Source: Squalus acanthias (lineage: Eukaryota). From it: a DNA stretch of 64,000 nt. Shown here piece by piece: positions 36,946 through 49,469 of this stretch (position 1 is the stretch's first letter; each line of letters opens with the position of its first letter). The stretch covers positions 64,048,001 to 64,112,000 of the forward strand of contig CM059432.1 of NCBI GenBank assembly GCA_030390025.1, written 5' to 3'. The position numbers were made by a program, and so were the translations under genes. A model generated the notes under the pieces. It had not been told where the DNA came from. It did not search any database and saw only the letters and a list, made by a program, of their open reading frames with translations.

Positions 36946-37309
36946 ATAGATGGCCAACATATGGCTCTGTAATTGTAGGCAATATTTGTCCAACGTCATA
37001 CATCATCTCTGCTGTACCCTTTTATTTCCTATCACTTTCACCATCAGCATTAAAAAAGCAAGTTGCCCTGAGCCCTCAATGTGCTTTTGCTATTTCCCAG
37101 AACACATAGGCCACACAATCAACTGTTTGCCATAATTTTTCTTTTACACATGACAAAAGGATCATAAACCATCAACAGTCAGAAAAAAAACCCCACCCAT
37201 GTGAGTCCCCTTGTGACTATATGTGTTTAATCTTTCTCTTATGCGTGCTTTTACGTGGTGCTTCCCCTGTGGCTTCAGCTGATGTAGAGGCACCTTACTG
37301 ACTAGGATG

Positions 37310-39157
37310 CTACGCCTGCTTAGACGTCTTTGGCGGGCATCCTCTGGGTTTGGGAGTCTGGGAGGGCTCTTCAACAGTCTGCTCTTCCAGTGGCTGTGCA
37401 GGGGCTGAAACGGCCATCTCAGTTGTCCCTGCAAAGTGGGTCACTGACTGAGGGCTCCACAGTGGCATGGTCGTGCGAGCGCTTTGAGAGGAGCCCACAC
37501 TTCCTTGTGTCCTGCCAACAACATCCCTCTCATGGGTCAGCCGCACCTCTGTGCTGGCAAGTGGCTGGAGAGCACCTTGCTGCACATCAGGGGGACCATG
37601 AGGACCCGTATCTGCACTGGCAGTCCTCCTCAAAAGGACGTCCATGAAGCTCTGGTCTCTCTGCTCAATAGCTGCCCATCGCTCCTCCAGAGATGACATT
37701 CTATTTTGAACAGTCACCATGTTTCCCTGACTCTGGCGACTTATTTCCTCCATGGCAGTAGCCATCCTTTCCACTGAGGTAGCCAGCCCTTCCACGGAGG
37801 TTGCCATCCTATCCATGGTGGTGCATTCAAGCGCCATTGCCTCCACCACGGCAGTGCTGATGTTAGAGATGGACTCCTCCATTCTATCCACACTCGCACT
37901 AACCCTGGAGCAAACCCTTCCAGAGACTCCTGCACTTGTTCCTGTATTTCCCGAGACGCTCTTTTTCTGGATGGTTCCAGAGGCACAGCGTCTGCATGCA
38001 GCTCAGCAGAGCTTGGAGATTGCTGCGACCTCCGCTGAGAACTATCCACTGCTGTCGCTTTCTCCACCATCTGCTGATGCTCACTTGTGCGCTGTGATAG
38101 ACCAGGTAGCAACACTACTCTAACTCGTGAGGGCCCCATCGAGGTGTGTATTGCTGCGCTGGTGCTGGGTGCGCTGAGTCCTGGTGACGCTGGTCCCTCA
38201 GAGTCTTCAGGTTCCTCTGAGGAGTAGTCTGGCTCTTCGCCCTGGATCGTGGGGAGGGGGGCGCTCGATGGTCCTGTGGGAGAGTAAAGGCATGATTTAG
38301 ACATCTGATATTGATGTGGCAAACACATCCTTTTGAGCAGATGATACAATGCGATTCTCTATGAACATCATATGCCATTGCAGTCTGAGAGGCATGAAAC
38401 TCTATTATGTCACCAGCTTCCTCTAGTGTGCCCGTCTCTCCATCGCCCACTTCCAGGTCCTCGCCACCTCCAACAATCTCGTATGCAGCCTCCTCAGCAC
38501 TGGTCAATGTTGCTAGGGTAGGTGTTCCTCCTCCAGTCAGTGCTCTCTCCCTCTTATTGTGGGCTATCTTTTCCTGCAAGGAGGGACACAAGCAGTGTTT
38601 CAACCACAGTGATGGAGTGAGTGTAAAGAATCCCTACCATAGAAGCTTTGAGGGAGACGAAAATGGAGTGAGGTGCCAAGAGGAAGCTAGCTCCCAGTGC
38701 GTTGTTAGTTGTTATCACTGCATGACAGCGAGAGCGAGTCTAAAGGGTGCATGGGCAGGATGCTGAAGTGATTCAGTGCAGAGACAGAGATGGATAGGTA
38801 AGGGTGCAAGGGAAGTAAGGGTAAGGTGAGATGTGAAGGAAGAGGCTTACAACGCAGAGTGCTGGTGATGAGAAGAGAAGGGAAGCAGATCGGAGGCAAG
38901 TGTGATGGGATACTCACTTTTGATGTTCACACAAGATCATTAAACCTTTTGCGGCACTGGATCCATGAGCGTGAGCATATGGATCTTGCACTGACCTCCT
39001 CAGCAATGCGCAGCCAGGCTGCCTTGGTCTGCTGAGGAGGCTTCCTCCGGCCATCAGGAGGGAAGAGAATCTCCCTGCACCCTCTGACAGCATCCACAAG
39101 AGCATGGAGGGAGTCATCATTAAATTGAGGAGCTGCCTTGCCTCTGGAAGAAGTCAT
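37310..39157 (-). pseudogene. Harbinger Myb/SANT gene, 3 exons (39157-38918, 38573-38414, 38273-37310)
   Basis: MTSSRGKAAPQF..AWLRIAEEV..WIQCRKRFNDLV* (TGA, likely CGA decay), GTGAGT donor, TTGCAG|EKIAHNKRERALTGGG, CCACAG acceptor, heptad-like C-terminal repeats, one frameshift in exon 3. Confidence 0.88.
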
Positions 39158-39664
39158 TGTGCATAGATCAATATCAATGAATCCAGGAATCCACAAGAGA
39201 AAGGCTTAAGCTGAATGGCAGCTTTGAAAGCAGCTGCTATGATGACATCATCAGAGGCGGCCAGCCGACCCGATCGTACTGATTGGACCGGCCAGCGCAC
39301 CCCATTGAAATCAACAAGCTCATTGAATCAAAATCGGACATCAGCAGCTGATCCCGCCGCAAGCGGCTCCGGAACAGCCCACCACGCAACCCGACTCCAA
39401 CCCACCTCGGGAATCAAAATCGAGCTCAAATTGCCTGTTTATGAAGCCCAGGATCCCGTATGCTTTTTTAACCACTTTCTCAACCTGCCCTGCCTCCTTC
39501 AACGATTTATGCACAAATACCCCCAGGTCTCTCTGTTCATGCACCCCCTTTAAAATTGTACCCTTTAATATATATTGCCTCTCCTCGTTCTTCCTACCAA
39601 AATGTATCACTTCGCACTTTTCTGTGTTAAATTTCATCTGCCCATTCCACCAGCCTGTCTAGTC

Positions 39665-40080
39665 GAGAAGCTATCTTATACATCTCTATGAGGTCACCTT
39701 TTGCTCACCTGCTTTCAAGATTAAAAAAACAAATTTCTTAAGCCTTTCTTCATCACTCAGTCCTCTGATTTTAGTGATTCATCTTGTGGTTATTTTCTGA
39801 ACTGCTGGGCTTGAATGTCTCCTTTATGTCTTGATGACCAGAGCTGCACATTGTATTCAAGATGTGATCTGTGCAACACAGTTTGAACATGATTCTTCCA
39901 ACTTGCACTCTGTTTCCAAGCCGAGCACTGCATCATAATGGCTAACAATGAAATGCCATAGTGGTATTATTTTAATTTGCCTTTTTAGGATCATGTGTAG
40001 TTTATATTGCAGAATTTAAAATCTGTGGCCTTTATCACATCTTTAAATCACATTTACTTTTTTCAATCCTTTGCTATCTT
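39665..40080 (-). mobile_element. Very old CR1 remnant
   Basis: Degenerate HLEYNVQLWS and GDLIEMYK coding traces. Confidence 0.55.
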
Positions 40081-40940
40081 TTTCTGACTTCTTTGCAAAC
40101 TGGAAGATCTCTGCCAATGTTCCTCTTAGATATACTGTAAATAAATATAACATATCTGTTGCTGATGCTTTGCCCGATTTTAGAATTCCTAGTATCCTAG
40201 TAACTACATTTGCATCTGTTTAGTTAAATGCTTAGTTGAAGATCTTATGAATCCAAAATAGTGCAGCAATTCTCTTTTGTAACCACAGTGGAGAAAACAT
40301 TATTCATATTCATTGGTCTTCTGCTATTAGCTTGCTTGTCGCAGCTTTTAGAGGTCCGAGATAATCTTCAGTACTTTGTTTGGTATGAATATCATTGAAT
40401 AATATCTTTATACTCATCTTCCTGTTCATAACAATTATTTTCACAATGTCTCTCCCTTTCTGGGAACATTTACTTCACTTCCAAAATCATTCCAATCATC
40501 TTCTCAAGTACCAAGCCATTGTCTAATATTACATTTAGAATGGATAAATATTGGCTTACATTCCTATGCACCAGAAGATAGTGTTATTAAACAGAGTGTG
40601 TGACCAAACACAGGCAGTTATCAGACGCTTTCCCTGGGCAAATTCAGTTAAACAGAAACCTTTAGCATTGTGGTATGCTTCCGTCTACAGCATGCAGCTC
40701 ACCAGTATATATTTGTTGGAAAACAAAAATTGGCAGCCATTGTGAAAATAAATAAGCATATCAAAAGAACAAAAGCAAAATAAACTCCTAAGGACTTAAT
40801 AATACAATTAATAATACCATAGCATATTATTCATAAAATAATATAATTAAAATTATATAATTACAACATATTAATATATTAAAAAAAGACATTAAAATAT
40901 AATACTAGTTATGGTACTGGACGAGCAACCCAGAGGTAAT

Positions 40941-41603
40941 GGGCTGGATTTTGTCTTGGGGTCGGGTTGGGGTCGTATAATCCGCATTCCGTGTTTCCCC
41001 CCCGACTCCAGATTAATGTGGATGCCTGATGCAATTTTTCACTTAATTGGGCAATTGAGTTGCAGCATGTGGGAACCCATGAACTAATTAGTGGTTTCAG
41101 TCTGAAAGTCGCCTCTGATGATTTCATCATTGCAGGTCAGAGACTGCTCTCAAAGATTGTCTGGCTACTGGTGAGAGAGGACCTGTCTGCATTGCTTCTG
41201 TTGTAACTGGACCTGGATGCAAATATGAGAAGAGAGAGAGAGAGAGAGAGATTACATCTCCGTTGCAATAGTGGACCTGCAGCCGATAGTCAGCTATCCA
41301 CTTGTGCTCCCGCCAGGTTTCACTGGAGTGTTTCACACCAGGCGTGCTTCACGTCAGAAAAGGGTTAAACTAGCTACAACGTTTCAAAATAGCATTACAG
41401 ACCCAATTTAGGGCTTGTTAAGGGCTTTAATGGCCTCTCCCGCCTCTTGGCGGCGGGACGGAGTCGGGAACCCCGCGACTGATTTTGTCAAAATTGCGTG
41501 GAGGCGGGATGGAGGCGGGATGGGGTCGGAAACCCCGACCCCGCAAATTTAACCCCCCACACGCCTCCAAACCCGACTCCATGGGTCATTCAAAATCCAG
41601 CCC
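40941..41603. mobile_element. Harbinger-type MITE
   Basis: Perfect TIR GGGCTGGATTTTG / CAAAATCCAGCCC with a 3-bp TSD AAT. Internal (GA)n. Confidence 0.88.
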
Positions 41604-41731
41604 AATGTGTTCAAATCCCACCTTAGCAAGTTGTGAAATTCCATTCAAAAACATCTGGTAATTTGTGAACTAGCACCAGCGAATCGCCATGAAAGCTGCT
41701 GGATTGTTGTAAAAACGCAACTGGTTCCCTA

Positions 41732-42264
41732 GGGCGCGATTTTAATAGCCCTGAGGAGGCAGGGTTTGGAGGTGGGTGGGCAGCGAAAATCGGAAAAAAT
41801 GGCTTCAGACTGCCAACCCTCCTCTATCCCACCCCCACGCGATTTTCAGCCAAGCTGCCTTGGTTTGCTGAGGAGGCCTCTTCCTTGCGTTTCCAGGGAA
41901 GAGGACTTCCTGACGTCCTCTAACTCCCTCCACAATAGCATTGAGGGAGCCCTCATTGAACCTGGGTGCAGCCTTAGTTTTTAGGGCTGCCATTCCTGCA
42001 GCTCCCAGCACCTTTAGGAGGAAAAACCTGATGGTTTTGCAAAGGGGACATGGCCCCTTTAAATTTTTACCTGAAACAATGCGTCATCAGAGGCGAGAAT
42101 CTGACGCTCTGCAACCAATGGCCTGGAGGGACCCGCACGTCGGCCGTAACAAGGCCAATCAAACGAAAATAGTACCTGCTGGGAGGCGGCATCCGGGAGC
42201 GGGTCCGAAAGCTGCCGAGCAGCGGGCCCGCCCTCAACCCGCCTCCTCTATAAAGATCGCGACC
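41732..42264 (-). mobile_element. Internally deleted Harbinger derivative carrying a Myb exon-1 fragment
   Basis: Left end nearly identical to 35277-35380. Encodes KAAPRFNEGSL..RKRPPQQTKAAWLKIA. TA/TAG duplication at the ends. Confidence 0.85.
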
Positions 42265-42421
42265 TAGTCTTTCAGAGAATATAGCCTGTCACCCCCTACT
42301 GGTCTGGTCCGCACGTGTCTCCAGTCCCAAACAATGTGGTTGTCTCTTAATGCCCTCGGGGTGTCTAGGGATGTGCAATAAATACTGCCTTGCCATTGTT
42401 CTCATCCCAAGAACAAATAAA

Positions 42422-43193
42422 TGGTACCGACCCCACTCCCAACCTACCTCCGTGCCATCTTCCCGGGAGGCGGGTCCCCGAGTCGTGCAGGGACCCGTCT
42501 CCTCGAGGCGGGAAGGGGATTACAGCCAATTAAGTGCCGGTTAACAGGTAGTTAACAGGCAGTTAAGAGGCTTATCCCCATTTTACCAACACAAGTGCGG
42601 GCTTCCCGACATCGGGAAACCCCGCCAGGGTCAGCGAGGCGAGCAGTGGGTCTGCGGGGGTGAGAGGGGTTGAAAAGTGCGCTGTGGAGGTGAGTGATGG
42701 CTGCAAGTGTGGAGAGGTAAGTATGGGAGGTGAGTGAAAAGTGTTAGAAAAAGTTTCCTTACCTTTGTTTCTTCCTGCAGGCTTCAATCGTTGGGGATCC
42801 GGAGGCTCCGGCATCTCCACAGCAGAGATGACAGAATGGCTGCTGCATTCTCCGATGCAACAGCCATCTGATTTCTGCTAAGGAGAGAGGTTTGGTGAGT
42901 CTTCAGTCCAAGGGCTTACATTAGAACAGAGATTGTCAGTGTTTGATGGCTTCTCAAAGCTGTCAAACGCTGACAATTCATCTGTCAAAATTTTTTGACA
43001 GAGGAAACGTCATGCGCTGACGTTCTCTGTCACCGGCTTTCCCTTAATTGGCCTGCTAAGCCCGCAGGGTGGGCTTAACAAGGTCAATCAAGGGAAAATA
43101 GCGTGGGTTGGCCGGACGTCATTGGGGGCGGGACTGAAACCCGACAACCAGCAGTCCCGCCCCCAACGCGCACCCATTGAGAAAATCCAGCCC
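42422..43193. mobile_element. Harbinger-type MITE (family of 54083-54926), left end missing
   Basis: Colinear with about 54150-54926. Ends GAAAATCCAGCCC. Confidence 0.8.
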
Positions 43194-43270
43194 ATTAACT
43201 CTGTTTCTCTCTCCACAGATGCTGCCTGACCTGCTGAGTATTTCCAGCACTTTCTGTTGTTATTTCAGAT
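43194..43270 (+). mobile_element. Penelope terminal-repeat fragment
   Basis: TTAACTCTGTTTCTCTCTCCACAGATGCTGCCTGACCTGCTGAG, a reverse-complement match to about 24357-24433. Confidence 0.8.
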
Positions 43271-44689
43271 GGCAATTGATGTTGTGTTTATACTGTGCTA
43301 CTGATCTGATGCCAGTTTTTGCATAGTACAATTGAAAGCCTGCATCACCCAATTTATGCTGCAGACTCTAATGGTTCCACACATGCACAGAGCTCCATTT
43401 CCCACTGGTAATTTTTGAGTATTTTTGTGCTCTGCCTTCCCCTCAGGGGATTTCCCAGGAAATCCCAGGGCAGTGTAAAGGGGGCAGCATCCTGATGTCC
43501 AGGGTCTTCATCTCATTATTCTCTATGCCTGGGAATCAAATGTTGTGTAGGTGCATAGGAGAGGAATATTAGGGCCTATATTTCTCATAGTTTAATTTAT
43601 ATATTTATATATATATATATATGTATGTATTTGTGTGATTTTGCTTATCATTGAATCATACAGAGATCATCAATGCTATGAGACTGAGCGAAATAAAATT
43701 GCACATGTTCATTCCACGTCTGATGAGTATATAAAACTGAAAGGGATCCATATTTTATAATGTAGTTGCTTAATGGGCAACATATGTAAATGTCATAGCA
43801 AAATGTATGCTGATTTAAAGTGAAATATTATTAATTAGTTGTTTATCTCATTGCCCAATCTGTTCTATTGTTCGATACACACAGCAGGCAGTGTCTATTT
43901 GGAGGCATTTTGGGCAATTTCTATGCTTGAGTTTCCTCCGTGGCCTTTCAAAACAAATTATTTGATTAATTGTCTTTCCCGGATATTAAAATAGATTGTT
44001 TTCAAAATATGAAATCAAATATTATATCCATTTTGTTACTTTGCTGAATGGCAATTTTTAAGGATTTAAGGGTGCTTTTTTAGTGTTGCTGCAAAGCAGT
44101 TTTAGCTTCAGTTGCAATATAAATCAAGGTGTACTGACTCTAAAGAGAAGCAGTGTGATACTCACAGGAGGAGATAGTCACACACCACTAGAATTTGATA
44201 CCACACAGAGTGTAACTCGAGTGCAGTGTCAAACTGGGTTTACAAAGTACCTGGCAGGTCTCTTCAACATTCTGAGCATTTTTAAAACCTAGCTGGAGTT
44301 TAACCAGGCAGAATTACAGTTCCAGCCAGGCAGTGTAAACAGGGAACTGCCTGGCTAGAACCAATGCTACAGCTACCAGTCTGAGTTGCTGTCTAAATGC
44401 AGGCATCACTGCAAAAACCTTGCTGCTGTGATTGGTTAGAGTGTTTTAAGCAATGTAGAAGTAGAGGCCTCTAACACGTCCTTTACTCACTAGCGAGAGA
44501 GAAAAGCACCTTATTGTGTCTGTCAGAAAAATAATTCACATGAATTATTTTGAAGTACAGTCACTGTTGTTAATACCGGGATTTGCTACTTTCACCGGGA
44601 GGTTGATTTAACGGCAAGTTCGATGTCCTTTGAGACAACGTTAGTTGTGATCTAAAATCACGTTACAGGGTGGGCCGCGAGAAAGCTGT

Positions 44690-45040
44690 CATCATCCATC
44701 CCAAATGCTTGGAAGAACTGCGACATACGGAATGGATTCCTTATAGAGGACCCCACAGTACAACCTGAAGGATCAAACCTTCCTCACAAACCGTGGACAA
44801 CCATCAACCGCCTCAGAACTGGTCATGGTAGATGCTGCCACCTTCTCCATAGATGGAAGATTAAAGCATCCCCATCATGCGACTGTGGAGCTCCTAATCA
44901 GACCCTGGAGCACATCACTGAGCACTGCCCTCAGAGGAATTCACAAGATATCCACGCTGTTACACCAGAAGCTTTGGCCTGGATATCCAACTTAGATATT
45001 GACATTTGATTTGCTTTGCTACTACCATACGAAAGAAGAA
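44690..45040 (+). mobile_element. Vingi/Ingi-type (I group) LINE 3' end
   Basis: Encodes LPHKPWTTINRLRTGHGRC..WKIKASPSCDCGAPNQTLEHITEHCP (CCHC knuckle). Tail CCATACGAAAGAAGAA. Confidence 0.8.
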
Positions 45041-45346
45041 AAAGCACTGGGATCAAAATACTTCCTATTAGGATAGGGAGAGATGACATGAGCTTAATAA
45101 CCAACAAAATGTGTTGCTATTTTCCACTAGCTAATGTGAATATATGCAAGGAAAATATTCCCTTATCCATAGATTTTTATGAAGCCAACACTCTACAACA
45201 TTTGAGGGTTTAATTTCTGCTTAAACTAAAGTGTTTGCTTATTGGCATGCAGCATACACATATTAAACTGGTTAAAATCAGCACTAAAGTCTGAATGACT
45301 AGATTCTGGTTCCAAATAATGCCACTTTCAAAATGGAACTTTTACG

Positions 45347-46312
45347 TAGAAATCATAGAATCATAGAAATTTACGGCACAGAAGGAGGCCATTCGGCCCA
45401 TTGTGTCTGTGCTGGCTGACAAAGAGTTATCCAGCCTAATCCCACTTTCCAACTCTTGGTCCATAGCCTTGTAGATTACAGCACTTCAAGTATATGTCCA
45501 AGTACTTTTTAAATGTGATGAGCATTTCTGCCTCTACCACCCTTTGAGGCAGTGAGTTCCAGACCCTCACCACCCTCTGGGTGAAAAAAGTTCTCCTTAA
45601 CTCTCCTCTAATCTCCTACCAATTTCTTTAAATCTATGCCTCCTGGTTATTGACCTCTCTGCTAAGGGAAATAAGTCCTTCCTATCCACTCTATCTAGGC
45701 CCTTCATAATTTTAAACACCTCAATCAAGTCTCCCCTCAGCCTCCTCTGTTCCAAAGAAAACAACCCCAGCCTATCCAATCTTTCCTCATAGCTAAAATT
45801 CTCCAGTCCTGGTAACAGCCTCGTAAATCTCCTCTGTATCCTCTCTAGTGCAATGACATCCTTCCTGTAATGTGGTGACCAGAACTGTACACAGTACTCT
45901 AGCTGTGGCCTAACTAGTGTTTTATAAAGTTCAAGCATAACCTCCCTGCTCTTATATTCTATGCCTCGGTTAATAAAGGAAAGTATCCCGTATGCCTTCT
46001 TAACCACCTTATCTACCTGTCCTGCTACCTTCAGGGATCTGTGGACATGCACTCCAAGATCCCTCTGTTCCTCTACACTTCTCAGTATCCTACCATTTAT
46101 TGTATATTCCCTTGCCTTGTTAGCCCTCCCCAAATGCATTACCTCACACTTCTCCAGATTGAATTCCATTTGCCACTGTTCTGCCCACTTGACCAGTCCA
46201 TTGACATCTTCCTGCAGTCTACAGCTATCTTCCTCACTATCAACCACACGGCCAATTTTTGTATCATCTGCAAACTTCTTAACCATGCCCCCTACATTGA
46301 AGTCTAAATCAT
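45347..46312 (-). mobile_element. CR1 LINE 3' part (another subfamily)
   Basis: 255-aa ORF with KFADDTKIG and RPQLEYCVQFWSPH. (TTCTATGA)n tail. Confidence 0.95.
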
Positions 46313-46854
46313 TGCTATGTACCATATAGTTCAGTAATTTATCATTCAGTTTCCAAGATAACAATTTTATGCGCTATCTATCTACAATTAGCATCTTCTC
46401 ATTTATTACTTTATTTGTGTAACAGGATAAAGTATAGGGAAAGGACAAAATGGCATCAGCCCCATGTGGTGATTGTTGTTGGCACATCTGTAAAAATATT
46501 TTCATGAATTACTCAAAAAACCTAAGTTCCGTCTTGATGAATCTCAATATTTTATTAGTACACACAAATCAATTCTAATAATTTCATTTGATTTACTTAT
46601 ACAACCAATGTGGCTAATAATTAGAAATCTTCCAATAACTTAAAAATGTATTCACTCTAAATTTGAAACTTTTTATTTCAGATTTCTATTATTTGCAGAT
46701 GTTAGGTTTTATATTATGTTATGTTTTTGTAATAATTGGGTGAAAATTGGGGCTTTGGTCATTATATCAATCTGTCATCGGGCTGTAGTGTGTATTTGAT
46801 CATGGTTGCTATACATCCTATACTTGTGAGTCAAAAGCTATATACTTAGTGACT

Positions 46855-47150
46855 GGGTAGATGATTTCCTGACAGACCAAGTAGTGCCAGGTTCGATTCT
46901 TGATCTTTGCTGAGCCAACCAAGACAACATTTTGAGTTGTTCTATTGATCGCAGAAACCTTGACTAAGAAGGATAAAAATCAGCCAGGTCTCCTATTTCT
47001 GATGTTCAATGACTCTTATTGGAAAGTGTGTTTATGGATATCAGGTGAGGGCAGGATAGGGCTCAGCTGAGATGCCTTCTGTGAGTGAGTAGCCCATCAT
47101 ATGAAGAATTGCCACTTGGCCAGCATCTGTGGAATTAAAACTGCAGGAAG
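46855..47150 (+). mobile_element. Old tRNA-derived SINE (relatives near 17270-17400, 18890-20250, 62850-63000)
   Basis: B-box CAGGTTCGATTC and shared blocks AAAAATCAGCCAGG, GGAAAGTG and GGGCTCAGCTG. Confidence 0.55.
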
Positions 47151-47409
47151 AATCAACACATTCAGGAGAGAAGAAAAGAAAACTGCAGAAATGTTCAGGG
47201 CAAAAAAAGGACAAATTTCCAATTATCTTTAACTGAAGATTCACCCATGGTATTTGATGTATAATTATTGATTTTATTCAAGAAATTTTCCCCTGAATTT
47301 TTTATTAATTTGTAATTGTAATAACATTTGGTCAATATATCCCAACTTCTGAAACACATACTTCAATTATTTATACTTGCAATAGAAAGCCAAATCTTTG
47401 AAACACATC

Positions 47410-47982
47410 GGGCGGAATCTTATCTGGAAGGCCGAGTTCGAGGTGGGACTGCTGGTTTTCAGGTTCCATTCCCGCCTCCAGCGACGTCTGACGAGCTGAC
47501 GCTATTTTCCACTGATTGGTCTTGTTAAGCCCGCCCTGCGGGCTTGCCAGCCAATTAAGGGAAAGCCGGTGTCAGATGACGTCAGTTGATGACGCTTCAT
47601 CTGCCGGTTTTCTTAAAGGCATATGCACCACACTTGTTTGACAGATGATTTGACAGTGTTTCACAGCATTGAGGTGCTGTCAAACACTGACAATCACTGT
47701 CCAAAGGTGAGCCCTTGCACCCAGGCTCTCCAATTACTCCCTCCTTAGGATAAAACAGATGGCAGCTGCAGCTGAGATTGCAGCTGTTAACAGGCAGTTA
47801 GGTGGCTGTAATCCTCTTCCCGCCTCTAGGAGTCGGGACCCTGCGCAAATCGGGAACCCGACTCCTGGGAAGATTGGTTGGAGGCGAGTTGGGAGCGGGT
47901 TTGGGACCCGCTCCCATTTTTGGGGATTTTCCCAGCAGTCCCGCCTCCAGACCCGCCTCCTCAGGACTGGTAAAATCCAGCC
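47410..47982. mobile_element. Harbinger-type MITE
   Basis: Termini GGGCGGAATCTTA / TAAAATCCAGCC. Shares subterminal blocks with 42422-43193 (reverse) and 56830-57120. Confidence 0.7.
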
Positions 47983-49029
47983 ATGTCATTTGACTCTTAT
48001 TTGCAAGCATAAACAGCAGAAACTCAGTCAATTTAGTGTAAACAAAACTCTTTTTGCTGCTTTCCTTCAATTTGATTCAACTAAATGAGGAACTCATGCC
48101 ACTGGAATGCTCCCAGGATGCACAACAGAACACCTGTAGCACAAAAACATGGCTGCTATCAACCTGTCTGCCTTTGATCTTTTGATAACTGACACTCAAC
48201 AGAACCCACACCAGATCTCAGCTGCTGAGAGTTCAGTTGGCCTTGCAGGGGCATAATGAAGTGTAATTCTTGGGGTTAGGCATAAGCATGCGCAGACTTA
48301 CTCATTTGATGTAGGAGGAATGGGTGAAGGACTCGCTGCTCCCCCATGCTGGAATTTAGTACACAACTCAAATGGGGTGGAAACCATGTAGAACCTGCTT
48401 CTCCCTCAAATGACAGACACCAGAGAGTGATGTGCCTTCTCTCCATCCTATCTGGCCCCATGAATTTCTGGCCATCCAATTTTCTAAATGAATTCAGACT
48501 CTCTGGGCTAGAAATCCAATCGCACCGTGCCTGTTTTTCAGGCGCTAAATGGGTGCACAAGCTTCCAAAATGGCGGTCAGGAAGTGTGCTCATTATGAAC
48601 CAGAAGTATGAGATTGGAGGGAAGAAAAGTGCCAGTATGAGACTGGAGGAGAGGTGGAGAACTGTACTCACTTGAACTGTGGGGAAGGGCAGAGGAGTGT
48701 CAGCTTATAGGGAGGAGAGAAAAGGGCCGACTTGAATTGGGAGGAAGGACAAGCGTGCCAACTTGTTTTGCAAGTAGGGAAAGAAGAATACCAGCCTGAA
48801 CTGGACGGAAGGGGAAGAAAAGTGTCAGCTTGGGAGCAGGGAGAGAAGAATGGTACCTTGAACTGGAGGGAAAGGGTGAGAAAGTGCCATAGCATCAAAA
48901 GGATGTTAAAGGGTTACAAACCCTAGGCCATCCTAAAGAGATTCCCACTGTCAGTGGTGAGAGGAGGAGAATTTTTTTTAAATATAATTATGCAGAGGCT
49001 CTATGATAAGCAGTTGAGTGATCCAGCAG

Positions 49030-49312
49030 CGCTCTGTGCTACTTTCCTCCCTTTGCTCCACCATGGGTGTTAAAACCTTCTACCGCCTACATTCTGGAAC
49101 TCCCCCCCTTCCTTTTCTGAACTCCCTTACTCGCTCTGTCTTTTAAAAAGCTCCTCAAAGCCCATCTCTTTAGCCAAGCTTCACCCGCCTTCACAACCCA
49201 CCACCCCGAATCTCTCCCTCCGTGGCTCAGTGCCTAGTTTCCAAATGGCTATTGTGAAGTGCTTTGGAAGATTTCTTTGTGTTAAAGCCATTATATGAAT
49301 GCAAGTTGTTGT
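49030..49312 (+). mobile_element. Old L2 3' remnant
   Basis: CTGGAACTCCC.., TGTGAAGTGCTTTGG and AATGCAAGTTGTTG tail. Confidence 0.6.
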
Positions 49313-49469
49313 ACAAGTTACTGTTTGTAATATTAGCAAACAAATGCTTAAAATGAAATTTCTCCGTCCATTATTTTAATTGAAGTATTAATCTGGCGTA
49401 CTATCATAGCCCGGGGCCTTTATGGCCTACTTGATTACTCCACTGCTAGATTTGTTTGTGTTTGCCTGC

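Larger units (their letters stand above)
35277..39427. mobile_element. Harbinger element with deleted transposase and retained Myb gene
   Basis: TIRs GGGCTTGATTTTAAT / ATCAAAATCGAGCTC, flanked by TAA / AAA. Acidic transposase tail remnant near 35870. Myb gene on the minus strand. Confidence 0.85.
34260..39660 (-). mobile_element. CR1 3' portion split by an HE1 SINE (34675-35092) and a Harbinger (35277-39427)
   Basis: Segments 34260-34674, 35093-35276 and 39428-39660 are colinear CR1 coding sequence (KCEVIHFGRKN..KKAYGILGFI..LEYCVQFW..FSLEQRRLRGDLIEVFK). Confidence 0.88.
40905..42421 (+). mobile_element. tRNA-headed SINE interrupted by two MITEs (pieces 40905-40940, 41604-41731, 42265-42421)
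   Basis: B-box GTTCAAATCCC. Body and tail match the 5' segment (12160-12260) and the 3' end (15200-15270) of the LINE at 12157-15283. Confidence 0.8.

Noticed and set aside
40760..40905. Extremely AT-rich block; also (TA)n near 43595-43625
   Set aside because: Low-complexity sequence or microsatellite with no further structure.
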